Shown here one piece after another: positions 1 to 9,990 of a stretch of DNA of 64,000 nt. The stretch comes from Vicinamibacterales bacterium. Lineage in GTDB: Bacteria; Acidobacteriota; Vicinamibacteria; Vicinamibacterales; CAVVIG01. The notes beneath the pieces were generated by a model. That model was not told the origin of the DNA, did not search any database, and saw nothing but the letters and a program-made list of their open reading frames with translations. Made by a program: the position numbers and the translations under genes. The DNA is taken from positions 10,921-74,920 of the forward strand of contig DASYQZ010000166.1 of the NCBI GenBank assembly GCA_036004865.1. The letters are read 5' to 3'. Numbering within the stretch: the first letter of the stretch is position 1; each line of letters begins with the position of its first letter.

Positions 1-635
1 TGGCCGAACAGGTCCGCGCGGGCGGCGGGCGACCGATTCCGTGCCCGGCCGAGATCACTGCCCCGGAGGCCGCCTCCAGGATCGTTCAGACCGCGATCGA
101 TCAGTCGGGCGCCCTCGACGTCCTCGTCAACGCCGCCGGTGTGATCGCCAGCGGCACGCTCGACAAGACAACCGACGAGACGTGGGACCTGATGATGGCG
201 GTCAACGTGACGGCGCCATTCCGGTTGATGCGCGCCGCCGCGCCGCACCTGACGGCACGGAAAGGCGCGGTGGTGAACGTGTCGAGCGTCAACGGTCTGC
301 GATCGTTTGCCGGCGTGCTTGCGTACTGCGTCAGCAAGGCGGCCGTGGATCAGCTCACACGCTGCGCGGCGATCGAGATGGCGCCGATCGGTGTACGCGT
401 CAACGCGGTCAATCCGGGCGTCACTGTCACGAACCTTCACCGGCGCTCGGGGATGGGCGAGACGCAGTACGCCGCATTCCTCGAGCGATCGAAAGAGACG
501 CATCCGCTCGGCCGTCCCGGCCGCCCCGAAGAAATCGCGGACTTGATCCTGTTCCTCGCGTCGGATCGTGCGGGATGGATGACGGGGGAGACGATTCCGA
601 TCGACGGCGGACGGCACCTGACGTGCGCTAGGTAA
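1..635 (+). CDS. SDR family NAD(P)-dependent oxidoreductase (5' end outside window)
   Basis: Frame open from position 3 (…GALDVLVNAAGV…), NVSS and YCVSK (YxxxK) motifs, 'VRVNAVNPG', C-terminal 'TGETIPIDGG'. Confidence 0.9.
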   Translation, partial: AEQVRAGGGRPIPCPAEITAPEAASRIVQTAIDQSGALDVLVNAAGVIASGTLDKTTDETWDLMMAVNVTAPFRLMRAAAPHLTARKGAVVNVSSVNGLRSFAGVLAYCVSKAAVDQLTRCAAIEMAPIGVRVNAVNPGVTVTNLHRRSGMGETQYAAFLERSKETHPLGRPGRPEEIADLILFLASDRAGWMTGETIPIDGGRHLTCAR

Positions 636-654
636 CTCGCCACCACACCGGTAA

Positions 655-739
655 CTCTCCACCACGGAGGACACTGAGGACACGGAGGTTCCCAAACCGG
701 TTTTATCCTCCGTGTCCTTCTTTCCTCTGTGGTGGAGAG
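655..739. repeat. Palindromic element with 9-mer (ACACGGAGG-like) arms, between convergent genes
   Basis: CTCTCCACCACGGAGGACACTGAGGACACGGAGG … CCTCCGTGTCCTTCTTTCCTCTGTGGTGGAGAG is an imperfect inverted repeat. Related copies at 32658-32731 and 52683-52773. Confidence 0.85.
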
Positions 740-742
740 GTT

Positions 743-1303
743 TTAGCGTGGCTTGATCCCTTCCACAAACACGAGACCTTCGCGTTCGGCGAGCGTCCGC
801 ACGGACTTGAATCCGTCCGCTTGAAGCGCAGTGACGGCCTCGCCCGACGCGGCGAACGGTGGTCCGCCCGGCGCGCGTGAGAGCAGCGCGCCGAGACCGG
901 CGCGTGGCAGCGCGCCGATGATTATCACCCGGCCGCCAGGCCGCAGCGTGCGCGCGAGCTCGCGAAGCGACGCCGCGCGCTCTTGCGGCTGCATGCTGCC
1001 GATGACGCCGCCAGTGTCGTCGACGACGACGAGATCGAAGCCGTCGGTCTCGATGGGAAGCGTCATCGGCGACGCGACCTCGATTTCGACGAGCGCGCCT
1101 GCGTCGGCTGCACCCTTGCGCGCACGCGATGCCGACGCTTCGTCCGGCACGACGGCGACCGCGCGTCCTGACAATCCGACTTTCGCGGCAACCGCGCCGA
1201 GCCGGCCGGCGTGTGCGCAGCCGACCTGCGCCACACGGTCGCCCATCTTCACGCCAGTCATGCCGACCACGAGCGCGTATGGATCGTCGCGTTTGAGAAA
1301 CAT
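743..1303 (-). CDS. Class I SAM-dependent methyltransferase-like protein
   Basis: 'GDRVAQVGCAHAG' (degenerate motif I), 'FDLVV', 'RTLRPGGRVII'. Confidence 0.7.
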   Translation of the reverse strand: MFLKRDDPYALVVGMTGVKMGDRVAQVGCAHAGRLGAVAAKVGLSGRAVAVVPDEASASRARKGAADAGALVEIEVASPMTLPIETDGFDLVVVDDTGGVIGSMQPQERAASLRELARTLRPGGRVIIIGALPRAGLGALLSRAPGGPPFAASGEAVTALQADGFKSVRTLAEREGLVFVEGIKPR

Positions 1304-1317
1304 CGAGTTCTTATCGT

Positions 1318-1349
1318 AGCTGAGAGCTGACAGCCGAGAGCTGAAAGCT
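1318..1349. repeat. Heptamer tandem repeat (AGCTGAG-type)
   Basis: AGCTGAG AGCTGAC AGCCGAG AGCTGAA AGCT. The same units occur on the minus strand at 39025-39048. Confidence 0.75.
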
Positions 1350-1365
1350 ATATAGTTCGTCGTTC

Positions 1366-2662
<1,297 letters not shown>

Positions 2663-2679
<17 letters not shown>

Positions 2680-3247
2680 TCCGTACGGGCAGCCGGCGCT
2701 CATCGGCGGTCTCGTGATGGGCGTCCTGACCGCGCTGCCGCTCATCGCGGTCGGCAACGTCTGTTGCTGCTTGTGGGTCGTCAGCGGAGGCCTGGTCGCG
2801 GCGTACGTGTTTCAGCAGAATCAGACGGCGCCGATCACGCCGGGCGACGGTGCGCTGGTCGGTCTTCTGGCCGGCCTCATCGGCGCAGTCGTGTACTCAG
2901 TGGTCTCGATTCCGATCTCGATCATCGTCGGACCGATGGAGCGCGCGGTCATGCAGCGCGCGATCGAAATGATCGGTACGATGCCGCCCGAAATACAGGA
3001 CGCGCTCGAACGATACGGACGCGGCGAGCAGTCGGGCCTGCTCCTGATTCTCAGCCGCGTCTTCGCCCTGATCTTCTGGCTCTTCATCGGCGCGATCTTC
3101 TCGACGCTCGGCGGACTGCTCGGCGCCGCCGTCTTTCGTAAATCGCCGCCGCCTGCCGGCGGCGGCGGTGAGCCGCCGCTGCCCGGCGTCGTCGACATAC
3201 CGCCTCCGTCGCCCGGCGTGGTCGACAGACCGCCTCCGCCCAGCTAG
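2663..3247 (+). CDS. Integral membrane protein (about 4 TM) with CCC motif and Pro-rich duplicated tail
   Basis: Four hydrophobic segments; GTG start overlaps the ino1 3' end; 30-nt tandem duplication at 3181-3240. Confidence 0.75.
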
Positions 3248-3322
3248 CACGCTTTTGCCCACGATTGCACAGACGACGATTACATCTATCGTCCGGCGTG
3301 TTCCGATCCGAAACTCAGTGAC

Positions 3323-4594
3323 GTGGACTCTGTGTCTGCGCAGGGTGCCGGGTGCCGCGTGCTTGGTGCCTCGTGCTCGGTGCTGAGTGCCTGGTGCCGG
3401 GTGCTGGGTACGTGGTGCCTGGTGCCGGGTGCCTCGTGCCTCGTTCTGGCGCAGACGCCGCAGCGCCCCGGCCAGATGCCGACGCTGCCGCTGACGCAGC
3501 TCGACGAGCGCGCGCTCGCCGCCGATCTCGATAACCGCACGTTCACGTTGACGTTCGCGCAGCCGGTGCCGGTCAAGGATCTGCTGCTGCTGCTCGTGCG
3601 CGGCACGAACCTCAGCGTCGTGCCCGATCCGGCGATCGGCGGCTCGTTCATCGGCGAGCTGAAGAACGTCACGGTCCGCCAGGCGCTCGGCTTGATCCTG
3701 ACCCCGCTCGGGCTCGACTACTCGGTCGACGGCAACATCATTCGCGTGTTCAGGCGCGAGCCGAGCACGCGCATCTTCGACGTCAACTACATCGCCTCGG
3801 AGCGCAGCGGCGCGGCAATGATCGGCGGGGTTGGCGCGGCCGGCGGCGACCCGGCGGCGCCCAGCTTCGCCAACGTCTCGACGGCAACGAAGGCCGATCT
3901 CTTCGTCGACCTGACGAGAGGCGTGCAGACGCTGCTCTCCGAGCGCGCGGCATTCAACGTCGATCGCAAAGCCGGACTCCTGCAGGTCACCGATTTTCCC
4001 GAGCGTCTCGACCGGGTCGCGCTGTATCTCGAGACGGTGCACGATCGCGTTCATCGTCAGGTGCAAATCGACGCCCGCGTCGTCGAGGTCGAGCTCAACG
4101 ACGAGAAGGCGCCGTCGCTCGACTGGGCCGGGCTCGCGGCGCAATTGATGGCCGATCAGTCGCCGGCCGAGCGCGCCGCCGCGCGGCCGACGCTCACGGG
4201 CATGCGCGTGATCGACGTGCAGAAGCTCCTCGGTCTGATGGCGGCGCAAGGCAAGCTGCTGGTCATGGCCAGCCCCCGTCTCGTGACGCTGAACAACGAG
4301 CCGGCGATCGTGCGCACCGATGCGATCACCATCAGCGTGACGCCGCAGATCGCGCCCGATTCGGCGGTCATGCTGAGCGTCAGCCCGATCGTGAAGGCGC
4401 CGGTCGTTGCAGAGTCCGACATGCTCGCGCGCGTCGCGGACGGCGAGACGCTCGTCATTCCGGGCTTCACACGCGATCGCGAAGTCCGCGAGCGCCGGAA
4501 CCTGGGAATTTCGGGCGGGTGGTTCGGCCGCGGCACGGTCGTCACGCGCAAGCGCGTCGAGGTCGTGATTCTCCTGACGCCGAAGATTCTGTAG
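3323..4594 (+). CDS. Secretin family protein (MshL/GspD/PilQ-like, reduced)
   Basis: STN/N0-like 'LKNVTVRQALGLIL', N3-like domain, 'RQVQIDARVVEVEL', 'SPRLVTLNNEPA', 'VTPQI', 'DGETLVIPG', 'EVVILLTPKIL'. Start codon uncertain. Confidence 0.85.
   Translation: MDSVSAQGAGCRVLGASCSVLSAWCRVLGTWCLVPGASCLVLAQTPQRPGQMPTLPLTQLDERALAADLDNRTFTLTFAQPVPVKDLLLLLVRGTNLSVVPDPAIGGSFIGELKNVTVRQALGLILTPLGLDYSVDGNIIRVFRREPSTRIFDVNYIASERSGAAMIGGVGAAGGDPAAPSFANVSTATKADLFVDLTRGVQTLLSERAAFNVDRKAGLLQVTDFPERLDRVALYLETVHDRVHRQVQIDARVVEVELNDEKAPSLDWAGLAAQLMADQSPAERAAARPTLTGMRVIDVQKLLGLMAAQGKLLVMASPRLVTLNNEPAIVRTDAITISVTPQIAPDSAVMLSVSPIVKAPVVAESDMLARVADGETLVIPGFTRDREVRERRNLGISGGWFGRGTVVTRKRVEVVILLTPKIL
3344..3448 (+). repeat. 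15 x 7-nt tandem repeat (GGTGCCK consensus) within secretin N-terminus
   Basis: GGTGCCG GGTGCCG CGTGCTT GGTGCCT CGTGCTC GGTGCTG AGTGCCT GGTGCCG …; translates as five 7-aa repeats. Confidence 0.85.
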
Positions 4595-4596
4595 CC

Positions 4597-5550
4597 ATGT
4601 ACGAAAACTATTACGGGTTCGCGGAAAAGCCGTTCAGCCTGACGCCGGATCCGAAGTATCTCTATCGCAGCCAGTCGCACGCCAGCGCGTTCGATCTCCT
4701 GCAATACGCCATCCGGCGGCGCGAAGGATTCGTGGTCGTCACCGGCGACATCGGCACTGGCAAGACGACGCTGTGCCGCGCGCTGCTCGAAGAGATCGAT
4801 CGCACGACGTTCACGGCCCTCGTGCTGAATCCCTTCCTGTCAGAAGAGGATCTGCTCAAGCGGATCCTGCAGGACTTCGGCGTCGTCTCGCGCGACGAGA
4901 TGAAGACGGGACGGCTGGCGACCGTCACCAAGCAGGAGCTGATCGACACGCTCTACGACTTCCTGCTGTCGTTGATTCCGCTCAAGGCGAGCGCCGTGCT
5001 CATCATCGACGAGGCGCAGCATCTGCCGCTGCCGGTGCTCGAACAAATTCGCATCCTGTCGAACCTCGAGACCGACAAAGAGAAGCTGCTCCAGATCATT
5101 CTCGTCGGCCAGTTGAACCTGCAGCCGCTGCTGCGCTCGCCGCACCTGCGCCAGCTCGATCAGCGCGTGTCGATTCGCTATCAGCTCGAGCCGCTCGATC
5201 GCGACACCGTCTCGGCATACATCGCGCATCGTTTGACGATTGCCGGCGGCTCGGCGGCTGTCACGTTCACGCCGAAGGCCATCGACGAGGTGCACCGGCT
5301 GTCGGGCGGCATTCCGCGTCTGATCAATCTGATCTGCGATCGCGCGCTGCTCGCCGGCTATTCGCTGCAGACGAATCGCATCACGGACGAGATGGTCGTC
5401 CACGCTGCCAACAGTTTGGACATGGTGCCGCCGCTGAAACAGCGGCTCAGCCAGCGCGCGTCCCTCGTCACAGCGGCCGCAGTCGTATTGCTGGCGTCGG
5501 CGTTCGCCGTGAGCGCGATGACCTACTTGCTGACGCGATTCGCGCCGTGA
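4597..5550 (+). CDS. ExeA/GspA/MshM-like AAA ATPase
   Basis: 'MYENYYGFAEKPFSLTPDP', Walker A GDIGTGKT, Walker B LIIDEAQ, 'GGIPRLINLICDRALL', C-terminal TM helix. ATG lies 2 nt after the secretin stop. Confidence 0.9.
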   Translation: MYENYYGFAEKPFSLTPDPKYLYRSQSHASAFDLLQYAIRRREGFVVVTGDIGTGKTTLCRALLEEIDRTTFTALVLNPFLSEEDLLKRILQDFGVVSRDEMKTGRLATVTKQELIDTLYDFLLSLIPLKASAVLIIDEAQHLPLPVLEQIRILSNLETDKEKLLQIILVGQLNLQPLLRSPHLRQLDQRVSIRYQLEPLDRDTVSAYIAHRLTIAGGSAAVTFTPKAIDEVHRLSGGIPRLINLICDRALLAGYSLQTNRITDEMVVHAANSLDMVPPLKQRLSQRASLVTAAAVVLLASAFAVSAMTYLLTRFAP

Positions 5551-5557
5551 GATTCTC

Positions 5558-6859
5558 GTGAGCGTGATTCTGGATGCGCTGCGCCGCAACAAGTCGGCGG
5601 AGCCCAAGGAAAAAACAGCAGGCGGACGCACGGCGCGCACCGATGCCGTGCTCGCGACGCTTGGCTATCCGCGTCCGCAGCCGTCGCGCGCCGGCGGACT
5701 GTCGCCCGGCAAGATGCTGGTGTACGGCGGCGCCGCGATGGCCATCGGCTTCGTCGGGTTGTCGGCGCTGATTCTGTTCCTCACACCTTCGTCGCCAAGG
5801 CCGTCGAGTGCGCCGCCGCGTCCCGCGCAAACAGCGCGAGGCAGCGCGCCGCTTCCGTCGCGACCGGCTGCGCCGGACGCGCCCATCATGGCGCCGCGGC
5901 TGAGCACGCCGCCTCAACCGCCACCAGTCGCGCCGCGGACCGCGCCGGCGCCAGCGCCCGCGACGCCGACTCCCACGACACCGGCGCCCGCGGCGCAACC
6001 GCAGTCCGCACGAGCGTCGCAGCCGGCCGCCCCTCAGCCCACGACGCCACCGCAGGCGACTTCGACGCCGCCGCCGGCCGCCGCGCGCACGGCGCCTGTC
6101 GCGCCGCGGCCTCCGGCCGCCGAGCGCACGGCGCCTGTCGCGCCGCGGCCTCCGGCCGCCGAGCCGCGACGCGCCGCGACCGAACCGGCACGGCCGCGTC
6201 CATCGGAGTCCGCGACGCCGGCGCCCCGGCGCGCAGCCGTTCCAGCGCGAGAACCCGTGCCGCCTCCTGCGCCGCCGCCGGCCCCGACGCCGCCGCCTGA
6301 AAATCACTTTGCTCTGGCGCTGTACTACCAGCGCGTCGGCGACTACGACAAAGCGCTCGCGCAGTATCGTCAACTGCTCGAACAGAACGACCTGAGCGCC
6401 GAGGTCCACAACAATCTCGGTCTGCTGTACCAGGATCGCGGGCAGATCGACGAAGGCATCAGACAGTTCGAGCGCGCGCTGGCGATCGATCCGACGTATG
6501 TCAAGGCGCACAACAACCTCGGCGTTGCGCTGATGCGATCGAATCGTCTCGACATGGCCGCCGCCGAGTTTCGCGTCGCGCTCGCCGCCGATTCGCGCAA
6601 CGTCGAGTCGCTCGTGAACCTCGCGCTCATTCAGCGGGCCGGCGGTCATGTCGCCGAGGCGCGCGATCTCCTTCGCCGCGCGCTGGCGATCGACCCGCGG
6701 AGTGCCGGCTCGCACTACAACCTGGCGGTGGTCGCCGACGAAAGCGGCGACACGTCGACGGCCATCGAGCATTACCGCGCGTTTCTGCGGTATGGCGCCG
6801 TCACCAACGGGGATCTGGCCGCGCAAGTTCGTGCGCGGCTCGCCTCGCTGGGCTCCTGA
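5558..6859 (+). CDS. TPR protein with N-terminal TM anchor and Pro-rich linker (MshN-like architecture)
   Basis: 'MSVILDALRR' start typical of MshN/GspB-like proteins, TM helix, Pro/Ala linker, several TPRs ('HNNLG' twice, 'HYNLA'). Confidence 0.8.
   Translation: MSVILDALRRNKSAEPKEKTAGGRTARTDAVLATLGYPRPQPSRAGGLSPGKMLVYGGAAMAIGFVGLSALILFLTPSSPRPSSAPPRPAQTARGSAPLPSRPAAPDAPIMAPRLSTPPQPPPVAPRTAPAPAPATPTPTTPAPAAQPQSARASQPAAPQPTTPPQATSTPPPAAARTAPVAPRPPAAERTAPVAPRPPAAEPRRAATEPARPRPSESATPAPRRAAVPAREPVPPPAPPPAPTPPPENHFALALYYQRVGDYDKALAQYRQLLEQNDLSAEVHNNLGLLYQDRGQIDEGIRQFERALAIDPTYVKAHNNLGVALMRSNRLDMAAAEFRVALAADSRNVESLVNLALIQRAGGHVAEARDLLRRALAIDPRSAGSHYNLAVVADESGDTSTAIEHYRAFLRYGAVTNGDLAAQVRARLASLGS
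6085..6164 (+). repeat. Perfect 39-bp tandem duplication in TPR-protein linker
   Basis: GCGCACGGCGCCTGTCGCGCCGCGGCCTCCGGCCGCCGA x2 (RTAPVAPRPPAAE x2). Confidence 0.85.
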
Positions 6860-6889
6860 CGTAGAATCCGCAATGACAGGGGGCAATAG

Positions 6890-8850
6890 ATGGCCGACCA
6901 GCAACACGCCGAGATCGACGATCTGCTCCGCGAAGACCGGACGTATTCACCGCCGCCCGAGTTTCAGGCGCGCGCGCACGTTCGCGACGAGAGTCTGTAC
7001 GCGGAGGCGCATCGCGATCCCGAAGGTTTCTGGGCGAAGTTCGCGGGCGAGCTCGAATGGTCGCGCCCGTGGGATCAGGTGCTGGACTGGCAGCCGCCGC
7101 ACGCGAAATGGTTCGTCGGCGGACGGATCAACGTCAGCGTCAACTGCCTGGACCGCCACGTCCGCGGACCGCGCCGCAACAAAGCGGCGCTCATCTGGGA
7201 AGGCGAGCCGGGCGATCGCCGCACGCTGACCTACTTCGACCTGCACCGCCAGGTCTCGAAATTCGCCAACGTCCTGAAGTCGCTCGGCGTGAAGAAGGGC
7301 GATCGCGTCGCGCTATACCTGCCGCTCATCCCCGAGCTGGCGATTGCGATGCTCGCCTGCGCGCGCATCGGCGCCATCCACAGCGTCGTCTTCGGCGGCT
7401 TCAGCGCCGAGTCGCTGCGCGATCGCATCAACGATTCGCAATGCCGTCTGCTCGTCACCGCCGACGGCGGCTACCGGCGCGGGCAGATCGTCGGCCTGAA
7501 AAAAGTCGCCGACGAGGCCGTCGCCGACACGCCGTCGATCGAGCACGTGGTCGTCGTGCAGCGCATCGGCGACAAGATCGCGGCGAACATGCAGAGCGGC
7601 CGCGACCACTGGTACCACGACCTGATGAAGGACGCGCCGTTCAAGTCCGAGCCCGAGCCGATGGATGCCGAGGACATGCTCTACATCCTCTACACGTCGG
7701 GCACGACCGGAAAACCGAAGGGCATCGTGCACACGACCGCGGGATATCTGGTCGGTGTGTACGCAACGACGAAGCTCGTCTTCGATCTCAAAGACGATGA
7801 CGTCTTCTGGTGCACGGCGGACATCGGCTGGGTCACCGGCCACAGCTACGTTGTCTACGGGCCGCTGGCCAACGGCGCGACGGTCCTGATGTACGAGGGC
7901 GCGCCGGACTGGCCGCAGAAAGATCGCTTCTGGTCGTTGATCGAGCAGTACGGCGTGACGGTGTTCTACACCGCGCCGACGGCGATTCGCGCGTTCATGC
8001 GCTGGGGGACCGACTGGCCGTCGAAGCGCGACCTGTCGTCGCTCCGCCTGATCGGATCGGTCGGCGAGCCGATCAATCCGGAAGCGTGGATCTGGTACCA
8101 CCGGCATATCGGCGGCGAGCGTTGTCCGGTCGTCGACACGTGGTGGCAAACCGAGACCGGCGCGATCATGATCACACCGCTGCCGGGCGTCACGACGCTG
8201 AAGCCCGGGTCGGCGACGAAGCCGTTTCCCGGCATCGCGGCGGAGATTCGCAACGAGCGCGGCGACATCATAGAGGTCGGCGGCGGCTTTCTCGCGCTCA
8301 CGCGTCCGTGGCCATCGATGCTGCGCGGCATCTACGGCGATCCCGAGCGCTACGCCCGCCAGTACTGGAACAAGTGGGGCAACGCCGTCTACGTCACCGG
8401 CGACGGCGCGAAGCGCGACCCGACGGCTATTTCTGGCTGCTCGGCCGCGTGGACGACGTGATCAACGTGGCGGGACATCGCATCGGCACGATGGAAGTCG
8501 AGAGCGCCCTCGTCGATCATCCGAGCGTCGCCGAAGCGGCCGTCGTCGGCCGCGCGCACGACATCAAAGGTCAGGCGATTGCGGCGTTCGTCACGTTGAA
8601 GGAAGGCGCGCCGGCCGACGCGCACATCGCCGACGCGCTGAAGGATCACGTGGTGAAGAAAATCGGCGCGATCGCGCGACCCGACGACATCCTGTTCGCG
8701 GCCGATCTCCCGAAGACGCGATCGGGGAAGATCATGCGGCGGCTGCTGCGCGACATCGCCGAAGGCAAGGCGCTCGGCGACACCACAACGCTCGCCGATC
8801 CGAACGTGGTCGCGCGGCTGAAGTCGGAGTACGAGGAGCGGGAGGTGTAG
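6890..8850 (+). pseudogene. acs: Acetate--CoA ligase with a single-base frameshift near 8419-8422 (pseudogene or sequence error)
   Basis: Frame 1 gives [11 protein letters not shown], '[11 protein letters not shown]', 'TGDGAKRDP'. The continuation '[20 protein letters not shown]…[11 protein letters not shown]' is in another frame, ending at 8850. Confidence 0.85.
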
Positions 8851-9864
8851 TCACACGGATCCCGCGGTCCGATCCACCGAATAGCCGTCGACGCGCTCGA
8901 CGCGGTTGCGTCCCTGCTGCTTGGCGCGCTCGACCGCGGCCTCGGCATCGGCCATGAGCCGCTCCGGATCGATCACGTCGCCGGTGGCGATTTCGAGGTT
9001 CACGACGGCGGCGCTGACGGTAACCTTCACGGGCTGATCGTTGCGATGATCCTTGAAACCCAGCCGCTCTTCGACCGTCGCGCGCACGCGCTCGGCGAGC
9101 TCGCTCGCGTTGTCCGCCTCGGTCCGCGGCAGCAGGACCACGATGGCATCTTCGGAATAGCGCGCCACCCAATCGTGTTGGCGGAAGTACTTGCGAATCA
9201 GGATGCCGAGGCGCTCGAGAATCCTGTCGCCGACGCCGTAGCCGTGCTCTTTGTTGATCGTCGAGAGGTGATCGACGTCGAAGAGAATCAGCGAGATGGG
9301 ATGGCCGAAGCGTCCGGCACCCTCGAGCTCTTTTGCGAGCACCGCTTCGAGCATGACGCGGGTGTACAGCGTCGTCAGCCGATCGACGATGGCGGCTTCG
9401 ACCGGCTCCTGCTGAAGACGATCGGTGTAGGCCGCGAGCAGATCGAACGACGCGCGCCGGACGACCTGCGCGACGACCGGCCAGTGTTCGCTGGTCGCGC
9501 CGATCGTGTCGCTCAACGCCAATTCGTCCATGACGGTGCGCTCGAGAAGGTAGACGAACGCGAACACCCGCTCGGCGGACAGCGCCCGCTCCAGCGCGAC
9601 GCGATGCAGGTCGGCGACGAAGCCGCTGCGGCTGTCGATCTTCCCCTCGCGCACCGCCACGGCCGTGAGCTGCACGAGAAGATGGCCGACGCGATTACAG
9701 TACTCGGGCTCGAGCATCTCGGTGCCGGTGAACGGAAAGACGGCGACGGTGTCCCACGTCAGCAGGGCGGCGCGATCGAGGATGAGCCCCGAAATCTGCT
9801 GCCGGAGATCGTCCTGCATGGGGGCACCGTCTTCGGCGGCGAAGACGGGGTCGTTGGAATCCAT
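8851..9864 (-). CDS. Degenerate GGDEF-domain protein with helical N-terminal domain
   Basis: 'DRLTTLYTR', 'FDVDHLSTINKEHGYGVGDRIL', 'AKQQGRNRV'. A-site reads RYSEDAI instead of RYGG(D/E)EF. Confidence 0.85.
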   Translation of the reverse strand: MDSNDPVFAAEDGAPMQDDLRQQISGLILDRAALLTWDTVAVFPFTGTEMLEPEYCNRVGHLLVQLTAVAVREGKIDSRSGFVADLHRVALERALSAERVFAFVYLLERTVMDELALSDTIGATSEHWPVVAQVVRRASFDLLAAYTDRLQQEPVEAAIVDRLTTLYTRVMLEAVLAKELEGAGRFGHPISLILFDVDHLSTINKEHGYGVGDRILERLGILIRKYFRQHDWVARYSEDAIVVLLPRTEADNASELAERVRATVEERLGFKDHRNDQPVKVTVSAAVVNLEIATGDVIDPERLMADAEAAVERAKQQGRNRVERVDGYSVDRTAGSV

Positions 9865-9990
9865 GGACGGAATAGAGCATGTTCACAGAATGCCGCCGCT
9901 GACGCAAGCCGCCGGCAGCCTACGGCTCACGCACTCTCGAACCGACACAAGACGGGATTGGTGACCGACGACCGATGACTGGAGACTGCC

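Noticed and set aside
9865..9990. c-di-GMP-I riboswitch-like fragment (GACGCAAGCC…GGCAGCC)
   Set aside because: The upstream GCAAA element and the GNRA-capped P2 stem are absent; resemblance is partial only.
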